From: Camelus ferus
Lineage: Eukaryota
Length of the DNA stretch: 64,000 bases
Reading direction: 5' to 3'
Assembly (NCBI RefSeq): GCF_009834535.1
Contig: NC_045696.1
Coordinates: 82,772,001-82,836,000 of the forward strand
Part shown: positions 1 to 11,300 of the stretch, one piece after another
How positions within the stretch are numbered: the stretch's first letter is position 1
How the letters are laid out: each line of letters opens with the position of its first letter
Position numbers and translations under genes: made by a program
The notes under the pieces: model-generated
Told to the model about the DNA's origin: nothing
Database searches by the model: none
Seen by the model: the letters and a program-made list of their open reading frames with translations, nothing else

Positions 1-2984
1 AAAGCATGCAGCATCTACGTTTGCGCCAAGTGAGTGTGAATAAAAATTATTTATATTAAATATGAAGGCAAGATTTAGACAACAATATTTCTAAATCCAC
101 TTAATGGCAAGTTTTGCCATAATGAAACCTACTCTGTTTTTAAAGTCCAAGTACAATTGAAGAAACCAAAGATTTCACGTAACCAAAAAAAGCACCAAAG
201 AACTAGATTAATTAGCTCCAGGTGTCAGAGAAATCTTAAACAGATTGAGAACCTACTCAAGAGGTACTTGAATGCCAGAGGCAAGTGATGCCTTCATTTT
301 CCTGCCATTAAGTGAGGTAAGATTAAGAATTCTTGCTACAGAGAGCATGACTAGGATTTTTATTGAACAGGTTGCCAAAGAATTAGGAAACCTGTTCTAA
401 TTCGACAAGAGATCACCTGGAATCCAGTTGCATTTTCTGCCATGGCTAACCTGTAAAACATGGTGATAGCTTTCATTTTCCTGTCACACCATGAGTGTTT
501 TGAGTTCATCATAACAAAGCTGAGTGCATTTTAACTAGATCATTTTTGTCCACATAGTATCCCAAATTTGTTAGCAAGAGATTTTTTTTAAGTAGGTGAC
601 TTTTATCACAATGAATCTATCAGCTGATGTTTTTCTTTTTTCAAGCTGAATACAAAGATATAAGATAGAGAAATAAGCAAAGAGTTAGAAACTTGGCCCC
701 GTGATTCCAACGCTCTTTTAATCATTAACTGAACATGCTACCTTGGGTAGATACAGCATTCAACAAACTCTCCATGCCTAAGTGTATTAATCTTAGAAAA
801 CCAGGGCCACCTGACCACGGAGCAGTATCACTAGAACATGCAAGTAAATGCATGGAACCTGGGCTTTGTGCGCACTGAGAGTAACCCCACTCACAGTGTT
901 AGGATGCAGTAATTTTATATTATTATATATCTATATTACCATAATTTATATAGTAATAGTGCAAAGTATTAATCAAAAACTGCATATGAGGTGTTCATTC
1001 CCTTAATCCTTAAAGAACTCCTGACAATTCAGCTCCTTGGTCTAACAATTCCAGAGCTGATTTGTTGCTGTTTACCAATTAAATCCACTTAGTAATTAGA
1101 AAGAACTTGTGTGTCTCCCTCAGCCCCATCCGCCTCCCTGCCTGAAATTTTTAAACAAGCATTGGGTGTGTGGTAAATGGTGCGTTTTAATAAATGTTTT
1201 GTAAAGGCCAATTATTCAGTCAATATTGAATCGGGTGATAGGAAATACGGCTGCTTAGCTACAGGGAAGATGTCTGTGTACTATTGGCATCTGTTTGCTA
1301 GGTAATGTTCTTAAACGGCCTGGCCTTCCTCCAAACTTTGATTATTCATAAATCTGTTGAGTGTGGTTAAATTGCACTATTAGCGTTTAATCTTTTATTG
1401 AAGCAAACTCAGGAGACCGAAATCTATTTGCTTTAGCAAGCTCGTTCACTGATAACTGTATGATTTAAAATTTTCCTTTTGTGAATTCCTCCATGTAAGA
1501 AAAACACAGCTGGGCACAGCACTGACTGTATTTATCTTTTCATTAACTAAAGTACAAGAAGATAGTGTCGTTGGAGGCTTATGAGGAGGGATTGCTAAAG
1601 AACAATCCTCCTCCTGTTTGCACACTCACTTGAGAAAAGCTTTCCAAATAAGTATTTGAGATACTTGTGAGAAAAGCTAGTTGAATTGTCAAAAGAAGAC
1701 CAAGCGAATGTATATAAAGTGGTTGGATTTCAGATAACATTTTCCCCCTGAGTGTTCAGCTTGGTTAAATATTAGAGGAAGGGAGATAATGACACCGTTT
1801 GTCGCCATAAACTTAGACATATATCTTTTTTCACAAGGTTGGTATGAGAGGGATATCAAAGATTTTCCATCCCAGATGCTTTAGTTTCAAGGTGGTAAAG
1901 GGCATTGCAAGTAGAGAAAGATTGCTTGGCTCTGCCAGATGGGAACATAAAAATTTGGTATAGACTTAAGAATAGATATAATTTTTTTGCTTCTTGTGAG
2001 TAACATAAGGAACTAATTGGCTATCATTGTGGGGTTTTTAAATATATATATATTTATTTAAAATTTTTCAGCATTATTCCCTCTGCTAGAGGCAAGGTTA
2101 TGAAAAATATTGTGAGATTTTGGGGGTACTTATTTGAGCTGTGCACTAAAACCAGGCCACTGGGGTGAAATCTTCCAGAATGGAGGAAATGACTTCTGGC
2201 TTATGTGTGTTAATAATAAATTCTGTCAGGAGAGTGAGATGAAATTAAAAGAGCCCCCCTCTTTTCCCTGCGTCCCTGGATCATGAGGATGACATTGTGT
2301 GTCTGTAGGACCTCCCACCCCTGACAAAATGGCATGTACACAGTAGGCAACTAATAACTACAGGTTGATTTGTATACCCCTGCAGAACTGTTGGGCTGTA
2401 CAAAAATGGACTGTGCTAGAGAGATGTTCTTCTGTCACCTTCCTACTACACCCCAGAAGCACTCAAGAAGGAGCAGGGAGAATAGAAAAGGGTGACTCCT
2501 TTCCAGCCAAGGGCAGCAGAATCTCAACTACCTTGAGCTCAGCCCTGACCCAGGGTTACTTCTAAATAGATTAATGTTCCATCATGTGAGTGGAACAGCC
2601 GGGGCCGGGGTTCATCTCTTCCCTACTGTCCGCCCTCTAAGGTTCATAAATCCCTTTCCTAAATGTAGTTAGTAGAAGGCAAGGGGCAGCTCCTTCTTGC
2701 CTCAGTTTGCTTATCCTAGTCAGACCCTCTGAGAGTTGGGCCAAAACATTTTCTGTTAGTGATGGCATTTGTTAAAACGTTAGCTTTCTTTAATTAAACC
2801 TTGTTTGAACTGTGATCTGCTGCTTTGTGGATTCTAGGGTTTGTAACTACTTGTCCTTCTTTTTCTTCTTTTATTTTAAAATTCACCAGCCCAATATTAA
2901 GTTTTTTCTTTTTTACATGGGCATTTGAGAATGATACTGGAGAGCTAAAGATGGGTAGTTGAAAATCACAACTAGTAAAATGAA

Positions 2985-3115
2985 AGCTGTCCTTAGGGTC
3001 ATCCAGCTCAACTCAGTTAGTTTATAAAGAAGAGAACTGAGGTCATAAGATGTAAAGAGAGATTTTCAAAGGCCGCATGGTTCTTGGAAGGGGAAGGACT
3101 AGAAACCAGGCCTCA
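2985..3115 (-). mobile_element. MIR/MIR3-type SINE fragment
   Basis: Degenerate reverse MIR core: 'agagaactgaggtcataaga...ttttcaaaggccgcatgg...ggactagaaaccagg' versus consensus 'gaggaaactgaggc...cccaaggtcacacag...ggattcgaacccagg'. Confidence 0.55.
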
Positions 3116-3189
3116 AGCCAATACTTTTACAACTTCCTTGTTTTTATCTGTATGAGTAAGAGAAGCTCCCCAAATTGTGGCTTAAAATT

Positions 3190-3515
3190 TAAAAGAAGTG
3201 TGAGGGCCAGCAGCCAGTTACTGATATGGCGGTTCTATGATGTCACTAGGAACCTCCATCCATCTGGCTTCCTGTTGTACTGATGTTGGGCATGACCTCC
3301 GTCCTCTTGTTCTCAAGATGGTTGGTTGCAAAGTGCCAGCCATCATGAGGATGTCCTAAGCAAGAAAAAAGTCAAGAACAATGAGAAAGAATGGTGCATG
3401 CCAATAAGTCAACTTCCTTTGAAGGGCTTTTCTGGAAGCCCTCACCCATTGACAACTGCTTATATTTAATTGACCAGAACCAGGGCAGCTGCAAGGCAAG
3501 CTGGGAAACGTAATC
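3190..3515 (-). mobile_element. ERVL-MaLR LTR fragment (MLT1J/K/L-like)
   Basis: Contains the MLT1-typical motifs 'caagatggttg', 'ttctggaagccc' and 'ttgaccagaac...gctgcaaggcaagctgggaaacgta'. Confidence 0.7.
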
Positions 3516-3561
3516 CATCCATCCTGCCTTCCTGCCTTCCTGCTTTCCTGCCTTCCTGCCT

Positions 3562-3593
<32 letters not shown>

Positions 3594-3670
3594 TCCTTCC
3601 TTCCTTCCTTCCTTCCTTCCTTCCTTCCTTCCTTCCATCCTTCCTCCTTTCCTGCCTTTCTCTCTCCCTG
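3515..3670. repeat. Compound microsatellite (CCAT)n/(CCTG)n/(CCTT)n
   Basis: Directly visible tandem tetranucleotide arrays; these are the source of the four low-complexity ORFs at 3356-3811. Confidence 0.95.
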
Positions 3671-5814
3671 AGTAACATTGGATCTATTATTAGTAAGGTC
3701 AAAAAGAAGAGTTGCTATTGGGCCGGCAATTTTTGCCTCTATAATTCTATATTTCACACTATTACTTTAGGGTTTGGAAGTGTAATATTTTACAATATAT
3801 TTTTTCTTTGATAGTATTTCCTCAAATTGCCAGTATGAAAAGACCAAATATGATATGGGATCAGAAATTCAGATTGCTTTATGTGAGTGAAACAATGGAA
3901 GGATAACTTAGGAACTATCATCTCTGAATTGTGTGTTCTCTTTCCTGGTTCAGTGAGACGCTGTTTCCATTGTTTCTATTGGCTTGAGAGTGAGCCTGGA
4001 ATGAATACCATGCTGACTTCACCAAAGCATGCTTCGTAGATAACTAATGAAAAGCAAATATTTAGAAGTAAATAGCAAATAATTTGCTTACTTCACCCAG
4101 CATGTTTAAAGACTACAAAATTTTCAAATGCCTGAAATTGCAACCCATGGTAAGTAATTTAGGACCATGACTAATGATGATGGACTGTCCCAGGTCTTAC
4201 TAAGGGGACATAAATGTACTAACACGTAACTTTACTAGCAGATGCACTGTGGGCAACACTGAGGAGGATTTATTTGCCAATATCTCATTGGTCATGAGAT
4301 TTATGGTGCTCTCTGGCGATGAGTTTGTCTCTAACTAAGGTTAGTTTCCTTTGTTGAGTTAATTCCTTTTATTTATGTTGACTTAAATGTAAGATAATCA
4401 TTTAGAGTAAATGTGAAAACGTTCCTGAATGTCAGACTGGCAGCCGTGTTACCTTGTAACTAGCACACTCTGTGTATAGTGTTTGTTCTGGCAGGATACA
4501 GATTAGAGACCTCTGAAGACATCAAGGAGGTTTCGAGAAGCAATAATGCTGGAAGACTCCCACACCCGGAAATCCATTAATGTCACTGCGTCCCCTAAGT
4601 GAAGAATGGCTTTACAGCCCAGTGCTACTGATTCCTTAGTCACTGACTACCCCAGTATCTTGGCTCCTTAGTGAGTAGGAAGAATTGTGGAGAACTGGAG
4701 TCTGACATGTCATCTGGTATGCATGGGAAAACATAGTCAATAATGGGTTAGAGCCCATCGTCTCCTGTTAGACCATTCTTAAAGTATTTGACTCCATGTG
4801 CATTAACTTACCATTTTATTCTCCTGCTCGTATTCTCTGATGTCACACATCCCTTCACTCCACTCTCCCACCTGAAAAGGACCTAATGGCCAGGCTTGTG
4901 AGCCTGAATCTTCCGATGGTGACTGCTGTGTCAGACTCCAAATTCCCCATTTTGAAAATTGGACCCTTACAACTACAAGTGAGAGGCATTAATAATATAT
5001 TAATATCTGTAAGACAGTAGAGCCCTTCTTAAGTGTACTTTGCCAGGTAATTGTTGCACATTCTTGCTATTGAGCAAAAGTATTGTGAGTATATTGATTC
5101 TCAAATAACAGAGGTTCTTTGGAGCCCATCTCTGTCTGCATGCATGGCATGTCCGACTATCTGTCTGGATTCCATCATCCCTGCTGCCATATCTTATCAG
5201 CACAGAGCCCTCTGAAGAGGATCCTATATATTAGCCACAACATGACCTGTGTGACCAGGATCAGCCCCACAATTACCCACTGATGGGGCAGTGATTTAGA
5301 ATGAACAGCTCAAGGATGCCATTATTTACTATATATCATAGCCCAGCATAAGGTTGACAAAATCTTTCCCCAAATTGGGGTTGATTTATCTATCAAGAAC
5401 ATTGGCAACTGAGCTTTCTCTAACTTCTTTCTGTTTTGCTGCTGCTTAAGCAGCTCCTAATTGGTAGAGATCCTGACAGTTCTAGCTCCTGACTAATGTA
5501 ACCACTCAGAGCAACAGTTAGCCGTGAGCACAGTTCCCAGCCAGGCTCCTGGCAGGAGTCCATGGGAATAATCTCCTTCCCTTGGCAGCTGCCTGAGCAG
5601 CCATCGGTGGGAAGGACTGCTGTCTGTTGGCAGATGAGAGTGGCGGTCTATGGAGCACATTAGGTTTAAAATACTTGCTCTTTATGTAGGAAACTTCAAA
5701 AATTTGTGCAAAACAAATAAATTAAGCTAATATAGTATGTGGTGATTTGGATATTGTATTTGAAGCAGACATATATCTTATAGTGAAAGGGAAAGAGATG
5801 ATACAGGAGAAATG

Positions 5815-5930
5815 GTCCCTAATTATCTGTGTGTATTAGGTAGATTATTTAACTTCTCTGGGTCCTCTTCCTTACCTACTTACCAAGGGTTCTGCATGGC
5901 TTCTAAGACTTCTTCCCTTCTAACATTTGG
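5815..5930 (+). mobile_element. MIR3-type SINE fragment
   Basis: 'ctgtgtgtattaggtagattatttaacttctctgggtc...ttctaagacttcttcccttctaacattt' resembles the MIR core plus MIR3 tail. Confidence 0.55.
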
Positions 5931-6014
5931 TGGTTCCATTTGGAATGGATAGTTTCAGAAATGCAATCATATTTGTACTTGATACTTTGCTATTTTTTAA
6001 TTTATCATTTTTGA

Positions 6015-6230
6015 AAGTTATTCCACCATTATTTCCACAAAGCACTTGAGGCAGCTTGCAACAAAAATACAGGTACAACCCCCCACCCCAAAGACTCCTA
6101 GCATAAGATAAATACTGAGGAGTAGAAGCAGAAGGGGGAAGGAAGTATATTTAATAACCAATTCTGAAAAGAGCTATAAGAAAGCACTAATTCTTTATCT
6201 CTGAGCTTCCCAGCAGCCAAGGCAAAAAAA
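6015..6230 (-). mobile_element. Ancient mammalian LINE 3'-end fragment (L4/L2-like; family uncertain)
   Basis: 'tttccacaaagcacttgaggcagcttgca' and 'ctgagcttcccagcagccaaggcaaaa' resemble motifs of an old eutherian LINE tail, recalled from memory. Confidence 0.35.
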
Positions 6231-6671
6231 AATAAAAAATAAAAAGCAACAGCACTAATTTATAGAAGAGAAAATGGCACGTGCTGCTTATTTTCCCATG
6301 TTGCTTGTTAGATTCAAAATTCCCTCAGGGATTTAGAAGTTAGGGTATAGCATACAATTTGGCATAGTCTACTTAGATTTCAGGTTTTAATTCCAAGACT
6401 GTCAATCTTGGACTTGGAATACCTAGTATCTGAATCTGCCCCATGGAAGTGATCATATTTCTATTCAACCTATTAATTAATACCATAGTTTATTTTCCTA
6501 TCTCTATAGTTACTTTAACTATTGTCTTGGGCAGAGTTGTTTTTTTCCACATGGAATGAAAAATAATTTTTATTTGTTATCTTTCCATCCACATGAAATT
6601 TTACATACTGGAAAGAAGCAAAATATAATTTGACTTAATAATAAAGCTTTTATTAAGAATGTAGGATTTAT

Positions 6672-6792
6672 GTGGGCTGGCATAGCTCAGTGGCAGAGCG
6701 CATGCTTAGCATGCACGAGTTCCTGGGTTCAATCCCCAGTACCTCCATTAAAAAAAAAATAGCTAATTACCCCCCAAATAAGACTTTAAAAA
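6672..6792 (+). mobile_element. tRNA-Ala(AGC)-derived SINE, camelid Vic-1-like
   Basis: Head is nearly identical to tRNA-Ala-AGC: A box TAGCTCAGTGG 6683-6693, anticodon loop TTAGCAT, B box GGTTCAATCC 6726-6735, ending 'cccagtacctcca'. It is followed by an A-rich linker, 'ctaattacccccc' and an A tail. Target-site duplication aagaatgtaggatttat (6655-6671) / aaaagtgtaggatttgt (6793-6809), 14/17 identical. Confidence 0.9.
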
Positions 6793-7445
6793 AAAAGTGT
6801 AGGATTTGTACTCATATTCTCCCATTTCCCCAGTCCCTTCATGCTAAATCAGGGAAAGGGACATTATGAAGCTAGCAATAGGTCCCTGTTTTTAGCTATT
6901 AGAAGCAATTTTTATTAATCTTTGATAGTCTAACTTCCACTTACTTTAAGAAAGCAAACATAATTTTCTTTAATATTTCATGGTGAAATTAATTGGAATC
7001 TAGAATTAATATTTCTCCTGTCTTTCAACCATCCTATACATGAGTAAAAGAATGTTTATAAGTAGACTTTGTGTGTATGTGTAAACTGCTCTGTATATGA
7101 TCTAAAAAGAGATTTACACAAGGAGCTCCTGCTCCTTCAGTTCTCAATGACAGGACTTAAATACCTTTTATCTTGAAGAAAAAAATAACAAATGGCTAAT
7201 GTAAACTCAGCTCATTGTTTGAGGGCATTTTATGGTTTTTCTGCTTTGGATCAAAAGAAAAGACAGGAGAAAGTATTAGGGGAAAAGGCAGCTGAACTGG
7301 GGAAAGGAGTGCTTGCCCTCAGTCCTGCTCCAGCCCCTGCAGAGGGAGTAGCAGCCTGGTGCACCTTTAATGTCACTCCTTGTCTCTTGTATAAGAGATG
7401 TGCCTCTTGGGGGGCAAAAACAAAACAAGTTCTTCTTCTTGTCAC

Positions 7446-7795
7446 TGTATTAGTCATGATCATTAATGTCAGTTGCCTCAACAGGCAAATCCCCCAATCT
7501 TATGGCTTAACAGTGTATATGTGTATGGCTTAATAGTGTATCTCTTGTTCCATCAGCACTCAGTGCTGGTTGGTGGATGTTTCTCCAGAAATGGGCTTGA
7601 AGACCCAGGTTTCTTTGTGATGCTACCATTGCGACATAAGGCTTCCAAATTCACCCTGGGAGAGAAGAGAGCGATGGAGAAGAACCACTGACTGTAAAGT
7701 GCCTGGACTGAAGTGACTCATCACCTGGGTTTACATCCTGTTTGTCCTGCTCAGTCACATGGCTCTAGCTCAGTGCAAGAGAAGCTGGGGCACAA
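7446..7795 (-). mobile_element. ERVL-MaLR LTR fragment (MLT1K/L-like)
   Basis: 'tgtattagtca...cccccaatcttatggcttaa...agacccagg...gaagtgactcatcac...agtcacatggc...gcaagagaagctggg' follows the motif order of a reversed MLT1 LTR. Confidence 0.7.
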
Positions 7796-7884
7796 GGGGA
7801 TTAAATACAGGAACTCACCTGATATGGGAATTGGAGACATCATTTCCTTGATATCTGAGCAGCACGTTGTTGTAACGTAAAGTT

Positions 7885-7990
7885 GATTTTCAGGATGAGT
7901 CAGAGAGGGCTTCCTGGAGGAAGCATTTGAGCTGAGCTTCCTCGTTTGAATAGGAGTTTGATCAAGAAGGGCACTTTAGGCATAAAGGTC
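7885..7990 (-). mobile_element. L2 LINE fragment
   Basis: 'gtcagagagggcttcctggaggaagcatttgagctgagc...gaataggagttt' is a typical reversed L2 3' region. Confidence 0.65.
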
Positions 7991-8154
7991 TATTCTCCTG
8001 CCTGTGACAATCAAATACCAAAGAATGTGCAGGAGGCTGTGAAATAAAGGCATATTGTTGTCACAGAGTGCTTTTCGTCAGCAGCAGTCTTGGCTAGGAG
8101 TGGCAATGGCTTCTTATTTTTAAAATTTAGGATGTTGTTATTAGAAATTACCAT

Positions 8155-8270
8155 GAAAGCTCCTAGAGAGCAGCCTGTCTTTCTTCTCATCTGTCCATTG
8201 ACTTATCCCAAACACCTGGATCACAGCCTGGCCCAGGATAGACATTCCATAAATATTTGACGAGCAAATA
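8155..8270 (+). mobile_element. L2 LINE 3' end
   Basis: 'aagctcctagagagcag...cacagcctggcccaggatagacattccataaatatttga' matches the L2 terminal motif order. Confidence 0.6.
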
Positions 8271-9864
8271 ACAGAACTTGCAAAAGACTCAGCCCTGTGT
8301 GTCTGTTTCCTTTCCCTGCAAAAAAAGGGGTAATTGATTCTATTAAGATTGTCTCTTCCCAGTCAAAGATAGAGTGTTGAGCCAGTAGTTTGAAAAGGAA
8401 TGTGTCCTGTGCTGCTTTTTCTGTAAGGATAAAACCATGAAGGTGGGTGCTCCCCAGCAAGTGATTAGAACCATGGACACTGCACCACAGATACACCCTC
8501 TGTTTAAAGTTTCTTAATCTGTAAGATGCATTTAGGAGAAAGCTGACTGTGGCTGAGCTACACAGAACTTTGAATGTCTTACATCAATAATTTGACACGG
8601 TGCACAGTCAGTCAAGTAAACCCGGTGCTCCATGCATGTAAAATCTATTATTGAATAAGAGCCAAAGAAAAATAATTTAGATCTTTTAATACAACAGAAA
8701 AAATTTTATCTTCTAGAATATCACTTTATCTCTTACAACAATGTAAAATTACACTAATTTAACTTCTATTTAGGATCTAATTTTTCAGACAGAGGCTGTT
8801 CATGTTTACACTATTTCTAAAGAAATAATTTGAGAGGGAAATTTATTATGCAACTAGAATCCCAAAGGGAATGAACAAACTACTTAGGGAAAAGGCAGTC
8901 TATTATCATGGAATGTTTTTCATTGCTTCTTTCTCATATCTTTGGAATCTTTAGAACTGGTCTCTAATCTATACACTGGATTCTGACGCACATTAAGTGC
9001 CATCTTTTCATCAATGATTTGTTAAACATCTGTCCTAAGTATGACTAAGTAGTTTAAAATAGTCAACGACAAAATTCACTAACAAGTGACACCGAAACCT
9101 GTGTCTCCTGCCTGCAAGGAAATATTTAAGAATAAATATTTATCCTGTCCTGTTTCTCTCTGAAGCTCCTGAATTGACCAACAAATATAAAAATCTAGGT
9201 TTTGTTTCAACATGTGTTATTATCCTTGACAAGTGTAGAAATTGGAAAGAGGGAAAAACAAAGCTCAGTGTATAGCTATTTCAGCAGACTTTGATCATGT
9301 TGGAATATGGGCAGTGAATGGAGACTGATAAACTCAGAGAGTTCTTTGCCATGAAGGCTACTTTAGCGTGAAGCCAAAAAATAAGAGGGGTAGGCTTACT
9401 TTTCACAGATTTAACCAAGAACAATGACACCATTTGCAACCATAGCACAGAGCCAAAAAAATTATTGCCAGCATGCCAGTGTGTACTCCCTAGAGAATAA
9501 CTGGAAAATGAGAAACGCCTGTCAGAGATTAAGTTCTATTTCTAATGGGAGTGCAGAGCAGACTGATGTCTTTTTAATGAAAATGAACATATCACAACAG
9601 ATGAGTTTTATTTGTTCGTTTCAATGTGAGCTCTTCAGAACTATGGCTACTGGGTCTATGCTTTGTAAAAGGCAAATTTCAGAATGTGAGGAGGAAGTTC
9701 AGCCAATTTTGTAACCAATATAAATGAAACATTTTAGTGGCCCAAATGTCAGGGAATTCAGTGTTTTCTAAAAATAAAGAGGCACAAACCTATTAATACC
9801 AACTGATAGAAAATCAGAGACTAATGACCATTTTCTCCATTTTATACCTACTTTTATCATAATA

Positions 9865-10097
9865 GATGACATTTAAATAGTTACTTTGTGTCAGTCAGGC
9901 AGTTACTATTCTAAGCACTTTGTAAGTATTAACTAATTAGCTCTTATAAGAACCCATTTTACAGGGGAGGACACTGAGGCACAAAGAGATTAAATGACTT
10001 TATCAAGGTCACACAGCTAGTGAGCTGTGAAGCTGAGCTTTGATTTCACACAGTCAGGCTTCAAAGGCTGAGTACTTACCCCCATACACTGCCCTGC
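9865..10097 (-). mobile_element. MIR SINE, near full length
   Basis: 'ttctaagcacttt...cccattttacaggggaggacactgaggcacaaagagattaaatgactttatcaaggtcacacagctagtgag' is a clear reverse MIR core. Confidence 0.9.
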
Positions 10098-11184
10098 TTT
10101 TAGTGAATATATATTTTTCACTGAATGCTTTTAGACTCAAGTAAGCCTTACATTGAAATATAGAAGATATTTTGAGGGAAAGAAGAAAAAACATGATCAC
10201 AACAGACCCAAAAATCCTAGTCATAGCATTAAACGATGTTCTCAGGACTAATCTTTAAACCAGATCTTTGAACCATGGAGAGTTGAGTGATAGCTATTAG
10301 GACAGCCCAGATGGTTTCTCCAAGAGAAAGCAGCCAGCAGTTAAGAGAACAAAAACAAGAAGTGCGTAGGACACGTTTCCCTGTTGTCGTGGCTTCTGTC
10401 TCGGCTCCCTTGACCAAATAGTGCTACCTGTTAAATATGGCACAACTCATTAGGACAGACCTGGATAAAGGACAGAGTTGGCCCCAGTGGCTTAGTATTT
10501 CAACTTAAATAATTTTACATATTAATGGTAGAGAGCATCTGAGATTTGGGATTCCAAACCCTAGACACCATGTTGTCAGTGTTTAGTGTGTGGCCTCGGT
10601 CTTAGCTGTAAAACAGGAATGCTAAAATGGTCACTTTGGTTTTTTTTGGGTTTTTTTAAGTTTTAGAGGAGATTTATCAAGTGAATGAATACATGGTGAA
10701 GGGACTTTTAACTGAATATAGATAGCAGTTGATGTTATTCATCTTACATACCTCCATATAACTTGATAGGTTTTAGAATTCTTGAGGGCAGCAGAAGTGC
10801 TAAAATTATTTGTGTAAAGTTTTAATTCAGTGGCTGTGAATGGCACAGCCGTATTGATCACACCCTATTCACAGAAAATTGGTGCGGGCACACTCAGAGT
10901 TGCTAGACAGAATCCCTGAAGTCAGCAGCATCCAGTGAGTTAGTACAGCCTAACCAAAGCAACGGTGAGAAAAGCAAGAGAAAAAGAACAAAAACCCCAG
11001 AGCAATAACTACAACAACAAACTCAGAAGCACAAGGTCAGAGAAAGGAGCCGAGGAGTTGGTGAAGGAGTTGGAGCAGGAGAGGCTAATTCATGGTTAAG
11101 ATGGCATTCAGCCAGGCAGAATTCAGGAGAACAGCGATGGAGATACCAATGGATTTATCTCTTTTTAATGAGTAACTGGAAATA

Positions 11185-11300
11185 ACCTCTGACTTGGGCA
11201 AGTTGCCTTACTTCCCTGGGCTTCAATTCCAAAACTGTAAGAAAAAAGTGATTGTGAGTGAATAAACTCCAAAGTCCCTCCTAGCTCTACACTCTGGTTT
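11185..11300 (+). mobile_element. MIR3-type SINE fragment
   Basis: 'tgacttgggcaagttgccttacttccctgggcttcaattcc...ctgtaa...ctccaaagtccctcctagctcta'. Confidence 0.7.

Noticed and set aside
3356..3811. Four overlapping ORFs (EGRK/QAGR and PSFL/PACL repeats)
   Set aside because: They are translations of the CCTT/CCTG microsatellite and the adjacent MLT1 fragment, not genes.
4174..4262. C/D-box snoRNA-like pair ATGATGA ... CTGA, ~90 nt apart
   Set aside because: No terminal stem, no clear internal D'/C' boxes and no rRNA-complementary guide that I recognise.
6672..6747. Functional tRNA-Ala(AGC) gene
   Set aside because: The acceptor-stem 5' strand is altered, there is no oligo-T terminator, and it is followed by a SINE tail and flanked by a TSD, so it is a SINE.
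7501..7541. Direct repeat tatggcttaa(c/t)agtgtat x2
   Set aside because: A small local tandem duplication inside an MLT1 LTR, with no sign of function.
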